Below, piece after piece: positions 37,076-51,510 of a DNA stretch of 64,000 bases. A program made the position numbers and the translations under genes. The stretch's first letter is position 1. Every line of letters starts with the position of its first letter. This stretch comes from Octopus sinensis (taxonomy: Eukaryota): NCBI RefSeq assembly GCF_006345805.1, contig NC_043019.1, forward strand, positions 31,433,360 to 31,497,359. Direction: 5' to 3'. The notes beneath the pieces were generated by a model. That model was not told the DNA's origin and searched no databases. It worked only from the letters and a program-made list of their open reading frames with translations.

Positions 37076-38965
37076 TCTGTAATAGAAAGGATTATTATTA
37101 TTATCATTATTATTTTTTTTCAATTTTGGTTCCATTTCTTGTCAAATGTCTTCCTGACACCTAGGGCAGAATTATCATTATTGTTATTATCAAAGTGGCT
37201 GGGTTCCTTTCGAGTGTTGGACCTCATAGAGGCAATGACCAAGACCTTTGGCATTATGTCATCACAGATACTGATGTCACACAAATGGCACCTGTGTCAG
37301 TGGAGGGTAAAAGCACCCATTACACTCTCGAAGTCATTGGCATTAGGAAGGGCATCCAGCCATAGAAAACCATGCCAAGTCAGACTGGAGTCTGTGCAAC
37401 CTTCCAGTTTACCAGCCCTGGTCAAACTCTCCAAACCATGCATGCCAGCATAGACAACGGATGTTAAATGATGATGATTGTTATTCTTATTATTATTAAG
37501 GCAGTGTGCTAGAAAAATCATTAGCATGATGGAGAAAATGCCTGGTGGCATTTCATCTGTCTTCATAATCTACATTCAAATTCTGCTGAGGTTGATTGTG
37601 CTTTCCATCTTTTTGAGATCAACAAAATAAGTATCAGTCAAGCACTAGGGTTGATGGAAATGACTAGCACACTTCCCCTAAAATTGCTGCCCTTGTCCCA
37701 AAATTTGAAACCATTATTTAACATGTACTCTGCTTTTGTTTCTATTTGATGCAGTTGAGAAGCTGTTCAGTCAATGCATTAAATCTACTTCGGAGATCAG
37801 CACCCACCCCCATAACTTAGGGGTCAAATATGACATGCTTCTCATTACAGACCGACTAGTGATAGGAAGTGAAATGTTAATTCGGAATTAACAAGAATTA
37901 ACTGGTGCTCCGTTGGTTATGATGATGAGTGTACCAGTTGATCTGATCAATGGAACAGCCTGCTTGTGAAAGTGCAAGTGGTTGAGCACTCCACAAACAC
38001 ACACACCCTTAATGTAGTTCTCAGGGAGATTTATTGTGATGCAGAATGTGACAAGGCTGGCCCCTATGAATTATAGGATCTTGCTGAAGGACACAATACA
38101 CTGCCAGAAGGGCCTGCATGTGAAACGACCGGGCAAGTCGTTGAGCAATCCATAGAGACAGGTACCCTTAACAAAGTTCTTGAGTAGATTCAGCATGATA
38201 CAGAATGTGACAAGGCTGGCCCCTATGAATCATAGGATCAACTCCTTTTTGACAGCTGAATGGACTGGAGCAACATGAAATAAAGAGGGATCTTGCTCAA
38301 TAACACAATGTGCTACTAGAAATTGAACTTACAACCTTATGATCATGAGCCAAATACATACACCTTCACAATGAACAAGAATAGATACTGCAAGGTAGTT
38401 CGCCTGATTCTCAAACAATTTCATCAGTCCATTGTTGTAGACTGGGAATTTATTTATTGACCCCTCCAATAGAGGAAAAGCTATGTTGACCTTGGCAGGA
38501 TTTGAACCTAAAGTGCAGAGAGCTAGAAAAATACCACAAGGATTTCTATGCACTACCTTAATGGCTTTGATAATTTGCCACTTTTATGGAACTTTTATTA
38601 TATCGGTTACAATAAGGTTGTTGTTAGATCTGACATATCAAACACGGGTGTAATTCCATTCATTAACTTTTAGATGTTAATGTATTAAGGCTGTAGCTGT
38701 TCTAAATGACAATTCAAACACTGGATTGTGTATTTAGAAGCTTACCATTATTCGGTTGTACTATCCATTCATAAATTAGCAAATGACATTTAGATTTTAA
38801 AGAGACTGCAGCAATAATACACTTTTAGTTGTCTTCAGTGTCACATTGACCTTATACAAAACACAATTCCACAATTCTTTATAGGAGCTTCTACATGGTC
38901 TATTGAATTGCTAGAAATATCAGCCAAATCTTCAAACAAGACACATTGAATAGTATAGTATAAGG

Positions 38966-39770
38966 CAGTGGTTCTCAAACAGGGTCCATATCTGATTGCC
39001 TTGGGGATGGCACACTGCAAAATAGTAAATTAGGGACCCACAATAGTATTTTAAGGGCTCCTGAAAAAATTTTGCTTCATGTTTATATATTGATATGTAT
39101 TGCAAGAAACAACTAGATCTCTTTCTCTAAAATTTTACATAGTTCAACCTACACACGTTAGTGTGTGAAAAACAAAATAAGAATTTTTGAAAGAAGTAAC
39201 TATGAAATTAGTTTTTAAACATCAAATGGCTATGGGGGTCCATCAGAATAAAATAAGTATTTCAAAGGGCTCCAGATATTTTTTTTTAAATGGTTGGGAA
39301 TCATTTTTTACATAGTTCAACCTACACAAGTTAATGTGTGAAAAACAAAATGGGAATTAAAAATAATAATGAAATTATTGTATACAGTATATTGAATTTT
39401 GAAAGAAGTTTCTACCAAACTAGTTTTTAAACATTGATTGACTATGGGGGTCCACCAAAATAAAATAGTATTTCAAAGGGGTTCAGAAAAAAGAAAAACA
39501 GGTTGGGAATCACATTTTACATTGTTCAACCTACACAAGTTAATGTGTGAAAAACAAAATGGGTATTTTGAAAGAAGTTTCTATAATACAAAACAAATAT
39601 ATAAACATAGTTTTTAAACATTGAATGACTATGTGGGTCTACCAGAATAAAATAGTATTTCAGAGGGGTCCAAAGATACAAAAAAAAAATATGGTTGAGA
39701 ACCACGTTTTACATATGTCAACCTACACTAGGTTAATGTGTAAAACACAAAGCAGGAATTTTGAAAGAAA
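38966..39770 (+). mobile_element. hAT-like MITE with tandemly amplified 3' end
   Basis: Starts CAGTGGTTCTCAA; end motif GGTTG(G/A)GAA(T/C)CA at 39292, 39501 and 39693. A single-unit inverted copy is at 44662-45016. Confidence 0.8.
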
Positions 39771-41013
39771 GCAAATACTATAACAATGTTTCAATTCTTT
39801 GATCTATCTGCAAGCTATTTTTTTTTATTCTATTAATGTCTGTTAGTTTTATTGATGTGATATACTGATGGCACGAGACATGGACAGAAGGCAAATACTT
39901 ATAAGAATTATGATTTATTAAGGAAAAAAATATATATGTATGTATGCATGCGTATATGTATGCATGCATATATGTTTGTATGTGTGCTTGTATTTATATA
40001 TGTTTGGATGGACGAATGTACATTTGTATGTATGTGTGTGTATGTGTATATTAATGAATGTATTTATGTATTCATGTATATATGTGTGTGATGAATATAT
40101 GTATGCATGTGAGTAAATGTATGTGTTTGTGTGTGTGTGTGTGTTTGTGTGTGTGTTTGTGTGTGTGTGTGTGCGTGTGTTTGTGTGTGAAGTCATTGTC
40201 ATGGCTGATGACAGTTCCGCCTGATTGGCACCTGTGCTGATGGTACGTAAAAAGCACCATTTGAATGTGGCTGGTGACAGTGCCACCCTACTAGTCCTGT
40301 GTTGGTAGCATGCAAAAAGCACCATTCAAGCATGGTCGGTGCCAGTGCTGGCTGACTGGTACCATGCTGGTGGCATGTAAAAAGCACCATTCAAGTGTGG
40401 TCATTGCCAGTACCACCTGACTGACTGACTCCCATGCTGGTGGCACGTAAAAAGCACCATTCAAGTATGGCCAATGCCAGTACTGCCTGACTGGCCCTCA
40501 TGCCAGTAGCACATAAAAAGTACCCACTACACTCTCAGAGTGGTTGGCATTAGGAAGGGCATCAAAGTGTAGAAACATTACCAGATCGGAATGGAGCCTG
40601 GTGCAGCCTTGTGACTCGCCAGCCCTCAGTCAAACCATCCAACACATGCCAGCATGGAAAGCAGACATCAAATGACCATGATGATGATGATATATATGTA
40701 TATGTATTTGTATGTTTGCTTGTCTTTCTTCATGATCTATTTAAGTTCTTCTCTGCAGAACTGAAACCAATCAATAACAAAGTGAAGTGATTTCTTTGTT
40801 TCAGTCAAGATAGTTCTAAAGATATGATTATATTTGTGTAAGCATATATGTAGATATGCACAGACATTTCAAAAGTAAATAGAAACTCCTTATTTTGCTA
40901 TTTTACCTGTGCAGGTACTTTTCGGTGCTTTAAACTTGTTAAGGCCTCATTCACAAGACATGTTTACTAAACACTAGATCAAGCATTTAAATGCATCAAG
41001 TGACATTTATTTT

Positions 41014-41504
41014 CATCATGATCATCATGATCATCATCATCATCATTATCAACATCATCGTTTAACGTCAGCTTTCCATGATGGCATGGGTTGGACAATT
41101 TGACTGAGGCCTGGCAAACCAGATGGCTGCACCAGACTCCAATCTGATCTGGCAGAGTTTCTACAGCGTTGTGGGTGCTTTTATGTGCCACCAGCACGAG
41201 GGCCAGTCAGGCAATACTGGCAGCAGCCACGCTCAAATGGTGCTTTTAAATGCCACCTGCATAGGAGCCAGTCCATCGGCACTGGCAATGACCTCGCTCA
41301 AATGTTTTTTCACATGCCACCAGCACAAGTGCCAGTAAGGCAACGCTGGTAACAATCCCGCTCAAATGGTGCTTTTTACATGCCATCGGCACGGAGGCCA
41401 GCTTGTTGCTCTGACAACGATCATGCTTGTATGGTACTCTTAGTACTCCACTAGCATGGATGCCAGTCATCGAATTTGATTTCAATTTCAATTTCGATTT
41501 CACT
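41014..41504 (-). mobile_element. Family D subfamily copy (left arm of an inverted pair)
   Basis: Reverse-complement match to 43192-43684. Confidence 0.9.
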
Positions 41505-43191
41505 TACCTCAACAGGTTTCTAGAAATAAATCCTTAAAATAATGTAGATGTCTATCCACTTTTAAGAAGACTACGTATGTGTGAAAATAGTTGTACTCCC
41601 ACTTACAGTGTGTAAATCTCTATGGTACACAAGTGCTTGTGCATCTCATTACTCGTCACATGTGAAAATTAAAAAATATTTTTGTTGCTTTTGTAAAATC
41701 TCAGAAAATAATTAAAAATTCACATTTTTATCAAATTATTTTGTTATATTTGTCTATCTATCCAACTGTAAACATTTTAAATATTTCACTAACTTTTGGT
41801 AAAAGGGTACACAACCCTTTGTATATGTGTATTTCATTACTCTTTATGTTTTTGTGTGTGTATAGATGCCCTAAACACACATCTGATTGCATGTATGTTG
41901 ATTCTAGGAAACCCAAATGAAGAATCTTTAGAATGTTTTACAGCTATTCAAAACTTCTAGCCAGTTGATTTTCATCCTGAAAATCAATTTAGTAACAAGC
42001 TACGTGGCAAACCCACTAGTGCTGGTGATAGTGATGGTTCTGGTGCTGCATAAAAAACATTTGTGCTGGTGCCATGCAAATAGCACTTGTACTGATGCTA
42101 CATATAAGGTGATATCAAAAGGTACCTGGTACACATCTGTAGATACACCTGTGATAGTTGAGGGATTATTGTAGTTTCAATGTCAATCATGATCAGAACT
42201 CAAGGCAACGACAATGAATAGAGATAGATGAAGGAAACACTGCTGGAGCAGTGTATGAAATAACAATTGATGATGAGTAAAATACTGTATTTTCTGGTAA
42301 TGCAAGTCAACATAGTATATAGTGTAAACACATAGTATGTCATAAGCTGGTTGGTTTGTCGTCACCATGGTCATGGTTATAGATATTTGTGTGTTTGCTG
42401 AAGACCATCATTGCAAGGTTAGTCAGGAGAAAGAGTGATGTTGTATCTTTAAATTGAATGAAAGATCAGTCTGACTGCTTGTAACATAAAATAAGCAAAC
42501 TCACGAACTTAACAACCATATTCTATTGATAGAAAATTGTGCATATAAACATGCAAATTATAGCAGATTCACTGGTTATCAGAATAATAAGTAGGAATAT
42601 ATTTGCTGCATTGGCTTAAACATTAGCTATCTGGAAGATGAAAATGCAGATATAATAACCACTGCAGATTGATGAAGCTTGGAGAAGGGAACATCAGCAT
42701 ATCTTGTTTGAAGGCTAGCTGTAGTCTGCTGTGGTGTCTTGCTTGAAAGCTAACTGCAGTCTGCTGTATTTTAGGTACCAAACTGTTTAACTAAAGTAAA
42801 AGGGCGTAAAATTTTTAGAATATTTTAGAAGCCATCCATGCTACAGCTTCATGCTGATTGGTCAATTTTTAGATCAGTTACTTTAAATTGTAGTTGCATT
42901 CTCATGATCGCAAACTGATAATGTTATAGTTTGAATGTGAACACTCAAAAATTGTTGCTATCTTCCAAACCCTGCTGCATGAGATTTTTTAACCTCTTTT
43001 TTTGTTTTTGGTTATAAATGTTAATCTGAAAATTCAACTTGTATGCCAGAAACTAAAATATCTATTTTTATTAAGCTAATGTTTGGAACATAATTCAACA
43101 AACCTTTCTTTGCATAAATTTATGATAGAAAATTTTATTTTAAATATAAAGACTGTAGAAGAATTCATTTTTGTACCATAGAACTAGCGGT

Positions 43192-43684
43192 AGTGAAATC
43201 GAAATCAAATTCAATTACTGGCATCTGTGCTAGTGGAGCGCTAAGAGTACCATACAAGCGTGATCGTTGCCAGAGCAACAAACTGGCCTCTGTGCCGGTG
43301 GCACATAAAAAGCACCATTCTAGCGTGATCTTTACCTGTGTTGCCTTACTGGCACTTGTGCTGTTGGTACGTGAAAAAACATTTGAGCGAGGTCGTTACC
43401 AGTGCTGCTGGAGTGGCTCCTGTGCAGGTGGCACATAAAAAGCACCTTTTGAGCGTGGCTGCTGCCAGTACCACCTGACTGGCCCTCGTGCTGGTGGCAC
43501 ATAAAAGCACCCACTATACTCTCGGAGTGGTTGGCATTAGGAAGGGCATCCAGCTGTAGAAACTCTGCCAGATCAGATTGGAGTCAGGTGCAGCCATCTG
43601 GTTCGACAGACCTCAGTCAAATCGTCCAACCCATGCTAGCATGGAAAGCAGACGTTAAACAATGATGATGATGATGATGATGAT
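43192..43684 (+). mobile_element. Family D subfamily copy (right arm of an inverted pair)
   Basis: GTGAAATCGAAATCAAATTC..GGAAGGGCATCCAGCTGTAGAAAC..GTTAAACAATGATGATG. Confidence 0.9.
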
Positions 43685-44661
43685 ACATGATGGGGTTTAT
43701 TTCAGTTTCTACCTACCAAATCCACTCACAAGGTTTTGATTGTTCTAGAGCTAACCACATACTAGAAGACCCATGGGGACTGAACCCCAAAACATATATT
43801 TAGGAAGTGAGCTTCTTGACCAGACAGTCATATGAATATAAATCTATTGTAGCTTTTATGAGCCAAATATTATTTTATAGGAAAAATACTAAAATTTTAA
43901 AGTAAAAATATATGCAAACATATATAAACATACTAAAATAAAAATACATATATTCCAGTCACAAATTTTAAAAATTGATATATTTATTCAAAAAGAGATG
44001 TAAAAATATAACAAATATATTTAAAATATAAAGTTTAAATTGCAAAATTATTCAATAATTGTGTCTGTGATTTAACATTAATTAGAGGGATTAAAAGAAA
44101 AAATTATTTAAATTATAACAGAAATCTTAATTACATCTGATGCTATAATTAATCATTGACAATAGTTCTTTACAATTTATCTTCGATGCACACTCACATC
44201 TTCCATAACTATTAGTTATGGAAATTGTGATTGTTATTTTTCGTGAGTTGTTATTATTATAATTAGTAGTAGTATTATTGCTATTCCATTATAGCTATTG
44301 TTATAATTTTTTTTTAATTTAAATTTTTATTTTTTTAAAATTTTTTTGCTGTCATAAAGTGGCTGCTTCCTTCCTTGTCTTCCAGAATAGATCTTCATTC
44401 TGAAGCTTCTTAAAGTTCCAGCTATAATTACATTGATATGTAAATGCTGCTAAATGTCAGGAAGCCTCTACAGGGTTACTTGATCTGCTAGAAGAAGCAG
44501 ATAACTCTTCAAATAAAGCCCTAATCATAGCATCTAACACCTTAACTCTTAAATGATTCAATAGAATGTTATTTTTTTTCCTTAAAGACTTGGTAAACTT
44601 GGTAAACCCACTTGGTAAACTTTATAATTGTAATGGACTCTGAAATCCTTTTGTATATGCC

Positions 44662-45016
44662 AGGGGTTCTCAACCATTTTTTTAATCTATGGATCCTCTT
44701 GATTACTATTTTATTCTAGTGGACCCCCATAGCTATTCCATGTTTAAAAACTAGTTTTATGGAAACTTCTTTCAAAATTCCTATTTTGTTTTTCACACAT
44801 TAATTTCTGTAGGTTGAACTATGTAAAACGTTAGAGAAAGAAACCTAGCTGTTTCTTGCAATACATACCAATGCATACATCTAAAGCAAAAATTTTTCAG
44901 GGGCCCTTAAAACACTATTGTGGGCCCCCAATCTACTATTTTGTTGCTTCCCCTCACCCCTCGCAATCTTATATGGACCCTCAGTGGCCATACAGACTCC
45001 AATTGAGAGCTACTGC
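44662..45016 (-). mobile_element. hAT-like MITE (CAGGGGTTCTCAA..TTGAGAGCTACTG)
   Basis: Imperfect TIRs; inverted homologue of 38966-39305. Confidence 0.75.
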
Positions 45017-47382
45017 CCAGGGCACATATAAGTCTCCAGGGCACAACCTTTGCAAATCCCAGAACACATAGGGTTGGATAACTGGTTTTTATAATATGGC
45101 TCAGTGGTTAAAGCATCAGGCTCACAATCATGAGGTAATGAGTTCTATTCCTGGACCAGGCTGTGTGTTGTGTTCTTGAGCAAGACATTTTATTTCATGT
45201 TGCTCCAGTTCACTCAGCTGTAGAAATGAGTTGAGACGTCACTGGTGTCAAACTGTATTGGCCTTTGCCTTTCTCTTGGATAACACTGGTGGCATGCAGA
45301 GAGGAGGCTAGTATACATGGGTGAATGCATTAAAACAAATCTACACAGACATGTACCTCGGAGGGTAACTTTCTAGGTGCAATCTCATGGTCATTCATGA
45401 CCGAAGGGGGTTTTATAAGTGACCAAGATCACAACAATTTCTCTGATTAGGATGTCAGCTTGTAGTAGGGTCACTCATTTACAAGTGAATGCATTGATGC
45501 AATGCAAAATGAAGTATCTTGCCCAAGAACACAACACACTACTCAGGGTGGGAATTGAGCCTACAACCTTGCAATTATAAATGCAGCACCCTAACCACTT
45601 GGCCATTTTATCTACCTTTACGTTCTTAGTTCAAATTCTGCCAGGGTCAACTTTGCTTTCATCCTCTCAAGGTCAATAAAATAAGGACCAGTTAAACTCT
45701 CGGGTCACTCTAATTGACTAGTTCCCTCCCCTGAAATTGCTAACCTTGTGCCAAAATTTGAAAGCAATTCTCCAAGTGTGTGTGTGTGTGTGTGTGTAAA
45801 AGTTTTATAAAATTGTTCCCATAAAAGTCTTTGCATCTTATTCAGTTTCCATGCATTAAAAATGGAGGGACTCCCTACGTAGTTATTTGACATGCTAGAA
45901 AGACTAGTAACTTTTATTCAAATCACACCTTACAGTCATGAAAAAAAAATAGATAGAAACATTAGCTATGTACTGGATAAAAAGTACAATGGTCATTGCT
46001 GAAACACCTTTGATCATAATTCTACTCAATCAAGACTGACCTAGAGCTAAACAGCAGCAGCAACATAAGTCACTAAAGTCCTTTAGAAAAGTGTGAACAG
46101 CATACCATCTCACTACCATCCCTTTAGTGCTAAAGCAAGAAATCAATATATAGAAATAGCTTTTCTGTATTCCATGTATGTGTATGAGTTGGTGTGTAAA
46201 ATAATTCCATTAACACAGATTAGCAAACTCTACTAACAGAATTATATGCATTAATTATTCAAGAATGTGTTGTTATTAATATTGGGAAAAAAAAAAGTAA
46301 AATGAGACCTAAAAAAAATATAGAAAATAGACTTCTATTTTTGCTCCAGTTCATTGACTTACAAATGTCACTCAGAACTTCTTTATCTGACTTTTAGCAA
46401 TAGAAACACCAGAAGGCAGAAAGTGAAAGTAAAAGTGAAACAGACATTCACAGTTGTGTTTTTAGATGAGTAATAATCAGAGGTGTGGCTAGAAAGTGGG
46501 TGGGTCAAGAGGCCGGACATATGCCCAGGTAATTTTATGGGGATAATTACTTTTGGGTCTGCTATACAAGCCTGTATAGACTTGGGGGCCTGGGACTTTG
46601 GGGAAAACTCAAGGGCTTCTCTGCTTGACACACTCTAACTACTGTATATTCCAGCGTATAAAACACTTTTTTTAGTCTTAAATGTACCATATGTACCATA
46701 TGTCTAATGTGACCCTATTATGGATGAGATACTGCATGTATGATGAAGCATATTAATTTTTTTTTTGCGCAAAATACATTCTCTTTCACAAAAAAGTAGG
46801 GGTCTGTCTTTTGCAAGAGTGCATCTTATAGACTAGCAAATATGCTAGCTATGGCACTGACAACAATACTCTACATCCATCATCATCATTTAACGTCCAT
46901 TTTCCATGCTGGCATGGGTTGGACAGTTTGACAGGAGTTAGTCAACCAGGGAGCTGTCCAGACTCCAGTTGTCTGTTGTTGCATGGTTTCTACAGCTGGA
47001 TGCCCTTCCTAACACCAACCACTTTACAGAGTGCGATGGATGGTCATTATGTGCCACTGGCATGGGTAAGTTTATGTAGCACTGGCACACAAGTGCATTT
47101 ACTCAACACTTGCATGAGTGCATCTTCTGTCACACTGACACACGTATTTTAGCAATGACCTTATCCTTCAAGATGTGCCTCTGCGAAAAATTTCAAACAC
47201 CCTAGGGATCAAACTCCAGTGGTTTACAACTTAGAAGATAGATTAGAGAAATGGATCTTCACTAGTTTCCATAAGTGTTCAGTTATTTGACCAATTGAAT
47301 TATCTGCTCATTGAATTATGATGCAGATGGCTGAGTATTCCTCAGACACATATTCACTTAGCATAATTTCAAGGAAAAGTCA

Positions 47383-47780
47383 GTATGAGACAGTGTAATA
47401 CAATATGGCACAGAGTGACATAGTGTAGCACTGTGTGTCACTGTATGACATGGTGTGATGCAGTGTGATACAGTATGGCACAGTGCAACATAGTGTAACA
47501 CTGTGTGTCAATGTATGTCATAGTGTGACATATTGTGACATAGTGTAATACAGTGTGTCAATGTATAACATAATGTGAGACAGTGTGATACAGTATGGCA
47601 CAATGTGACACTGTGTAACACTGTGTGACATGGTGTGATGCAATGTGACACTGTGATATGGTGTGATGTGATGTGATATGTAACTCTGTGAGAAACAGTG
47701 TAACACAGTGTTATAAAATATGACATTGTGTAGCACAGTGTGACATGATGTGACATAGTATGACACAACATGACAGCACT
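47383..47780. repeat. Degenerate ~10-bp-unit minisatellite (GTGTGACACT-like)
   Basis: Periodic GTGT(G/A)ACA(C/T) units; source of ORFs 47508..47852 and 47518..47766. Confidence 0.85.
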
Positions 47781-49259
47781 GGATCTTTGAATTACAGGCT
47801 CAATCCATGCAATGGACTTCCAAATACTTTCTATCCACTCAACTTCATTCACAAATCTCAGGATGATTCATGGTTATGGTAAAATCCCTTGCTTAAGATG
47901 ATATTCATTGGAACTGAACCAGGAGTCTCATGACAGCAAAGTGAACTTTGGGGGTTAAGAAACTTGCTTTACTACCACATGATTCTGAGATCAATCCCAC
48001 TGCACAACACCTTGGGCAGGTGTCTTCTACTTTAGCTCCAAGCTGACCAATTGCCTGGTGAGTAAATTTGATAGATGGAAACTGTGTAGAATCCTGTTGT
48101 ACACATTTCTATATATGTGTGTATGAGTGAATATTCTTTTATTCTTTTACTTGTTTCAGTCATTCAACTGCAGCCATGCTGGGACACCACCTGGAAAGGT
48201 TATAGCTGAATAAATCGACCCCAGAATTTTGTTTTTTTAAAGCCTGGTACTTATTCTATCGGTCTATTTCGCCAAACCACTAAAACACATCATCACCAGT
48301 TGTCAAGTGGTGCTGGAGGACAAACACAGACATAAAGACACACACTCATAGATATATACACACACACACACACACATACACACACATACATATATATATA
48401 TAAATATATATATACATGATGGGCTTCTTTCAGTTTCTGTCTACCAAATCCACTCACAAGGCTTTGGTCAGCCTGAGGCTATAGTAGAAGGCACTTTCCC
48501 AAGGTGCCATGCAGTGGGACTGAACCTGGAACCATGTGGTTAGGAAGCAGGCTTCTTACCATTCAGCCACACCTGTGTCTATGTGTCTTTTTGTGTTTGT
48601 ATTGTGTTTGTCCCACACCAATGTTTGATAACATGTGTTGGTTTGTTTACATCCTTGTAACTCAGCAGTTTGACAAAAGAAACTGATATTAATAGAATAT
48701 ATAGAATATATAGTGAACTTAAAAAATATGTACATGTTCGACTGAATCATTCAAGGCAGTGCCCCAGAATGGTATGGTCCAATGACTGAAACAAGATAAG
48801 GATACACGATAAAAGATACATACATTGAAAAGTTCGCAATACCTTTGATAAATTCCTGGTAAAAGATGCTGCCAATCTGCTGATTGTCTGACAATGTTGA
48901 TTCACTGGAAATTTTAGCATCCTAACAATCCAAAAGATAGTTCTGGTTAAGCTTCATAGACAAATCACAAATAAAGAAACAAATTTATGATGGAAAAAAA
49001 TTCATGATGGAAAAAAATTTTACTCTGAGATTTTAAACATTTTCTTTGAAAAAAAATTTGTTTTGCAAACACTGGAGTAATTTGCATAATTACAGCAAAT
49101 CGATTATTTTACTAATCAATAAGTTTTTCCAATGTCTACTGCAGTTCATGAGAGTAAAATTATAGAAAGTATCAGAAGATATACATACGTACATACATAT
49201 ATGTATATATATGCATATGTATATACAAATATCTATGTATATGTATCTATGTGTGTGTG

Positions 49260-49303
<44 letters not shown>

Positions 49304-49681
49304 AAAATGGGACAAGGATGAAAAAAACGGACAATATAACACAAATACAATAAAAATAAGAACAGGTCATAACAACAGGTGTCTTTCGACTAAGGACGAA
49401 TTATTTTTATTGTATTTGTGTTATTGTATCTGTATTTCAAAGGGGCCAGTCTTATCAGACTCTGTGTCATGCTGAATCTCACCGAGAACTACATTAAGGG
49501 TACACATGTGTGTGGAGTACTCAGCCACATGCATATTAATTTCACTAGCAGGCTGTTCTATTGATTGGATCAACTGGAACCCTCACCATCATAACCAGCG
49601 GAGTGCCAGTATATGTGTTTGTGTTTGTCTTCCACCGACTACCTGACAAACAGTGTCGGTATGTTTCCATCCCACTAAGTA

Positions 49682-49905
49682 TTGGGTTGTCCGGAAAGTT
49701 CATGCCGATTTTTAAAGGAAAGAAAAAGGTCAATAAATACTTCCCATTACATTTTTAATCAACCAAATATAAACCATTTTGTTGCACAATGCGTCTCCAT
49801 CTTTCCTTTAACTTGAAAATACCCTCTTCCAGAATTAAGGTGACTGGGAGAGTAAGTTGAAAGGTAAGCTACTATAAATCGGCACGAACTTTCCGGACAA
49901 CCCAA
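49682..49905 (-). mobile_element. Mini-mariner (224 bp) with TA TSD
   Basis: TA|TTGGGTTGTCCGGAAAGTTCATGCCGATTT..AAATCGGCACGAACTTTCCGGACAACCCAA|TA; minus strand encodes EEGIFKLKERWRRIVQQNGLYLVD*. Confidence 0.9.
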
Positions 49906-50087
49906 TAGTTTGGTAAAAGAGATTGATAGAATAAAGTACCAGGTTTTACAAAAACAAAAAAATAGAGAAGTGCAAGGATTGATTCACTTGACTAAAATTC
50001 TTAAAGTATGGCCATAGTCTAATGACAGACACAAGTAAAAAATAAAAGACATATATATATATAAAGATATATATATATATATAATAT

Positions 50088-50121
<34 letters not shown>

Positions 50122-50438
50122 AGGCACTTTCTGAATTATGCATAACAAGCCATTTTATTTAACTATATAAGGCATTTCTGAATTATGCACGACAAGGAAG
50201 CTCATTCAACTGGAGAGTTTATATGTAGAATATTGCAAAGAAGGAGCAAAAAATTACTTTAAAAACATAGTATTTCTGTATTAGATGAGGAAATAAAAAC
50301 TGTAAAGATTAATTATTCTGTGTTGTTTATCACATTTTGAAGAATATTCATGAAAAAATTTCTTGTTTTTTTTCTTTCTTTTCTCCCCAAGTTTCTATTT
50401 AGCATTAATGGGGAAAATAGGATTCAGTACTACATTAC

Positions 50439-50474
<36 letters not shown>

Positions 50475-50736
50475 GCCTGTATATGTGGGTGTGTAGTATA
50501 TCTATATATATAATATTGCTTATATATGTGGGTGTGTAGAGTGTGTCTCTCTCTATATATATATGTATATGTATATATATATTACATTGCTTTTTTTAAA
50601 AAGAATAACTTATTACCTAGATACATATAGCTAATGTGAAAGTGAATACAAAGTTCTTTTGAATATTTAATGCCATTAGTGGCAGTAAAAAATAATAACA
50701 TAAAGAAGACACCAAAAAAACAGAAGCTTATTACTA

Positions 50737-50787
<51 letters not shown>

Positions 50788-51129
50788 TTTTTCTTTTGCC
50801 ATTGAACAACATCATGACCTAAATATCAATGTTTCTTTAGGGGGTGGAAAAAAAACACATGGAAAGATGATTTTTTTTTTCTAATTTTTTTCTTTTTGTG
50901 TGTGTGTATCTGTTTCATTGATTTTTTGTGGGGGCGGGGGTAGGGTTTTATTGACTCACTTTTTTTCCCTCAGTTTTTAATTTTATGCAAGAATACTATG
51001 AGAATGTGTGAGTGTGTGTTTAGATATTCATGTATCTATACAATAAATATATATACATACATACATACATACATACATACATACACACATCTATTTATAT
51101 ACGTATCTATATAGATGTACATGTATATA

Positions 51130-51160
<31 letters not shown>

Positions 51161-51453
51161 CATATATATGTGCGCATTTGAATGCATGCACATTTTCAAG
51201 CATCAATTTCTTCATATACTAATTGCATATATTATACAAAGTGCCAATACTTCAGTCCTTCACACAAAATGTCAAAATATTCCTTTAGCTAAATGGAAAC
51301 CAATAAATTGATAAATGATAAATGGAATGATGTTTTCATTTCTGCAATGATTCCATAAAATCTAAAAATTAAAAGACCAAATTACCACATACAGGTTTTC
51401 AGTTTCAGTTTCCACCAGATTTTGCATGCGCACACACACACACATGCGCGCAT

Positions 51454-51510
<57 letters not shown>

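Noticed and set aside
40805-40837. 33-nt symmetric micro-exon candidate (TTTGTTTCAG|..|GTAAGC); similar candidates at 24320-24351 (minus) and near 37756 and 46398
   Set aside because: Splice-like signals of this strength are expected by chance in 64 kb of AT-rich DNA; the peptides are unrecognised and there is no transcript evidence.
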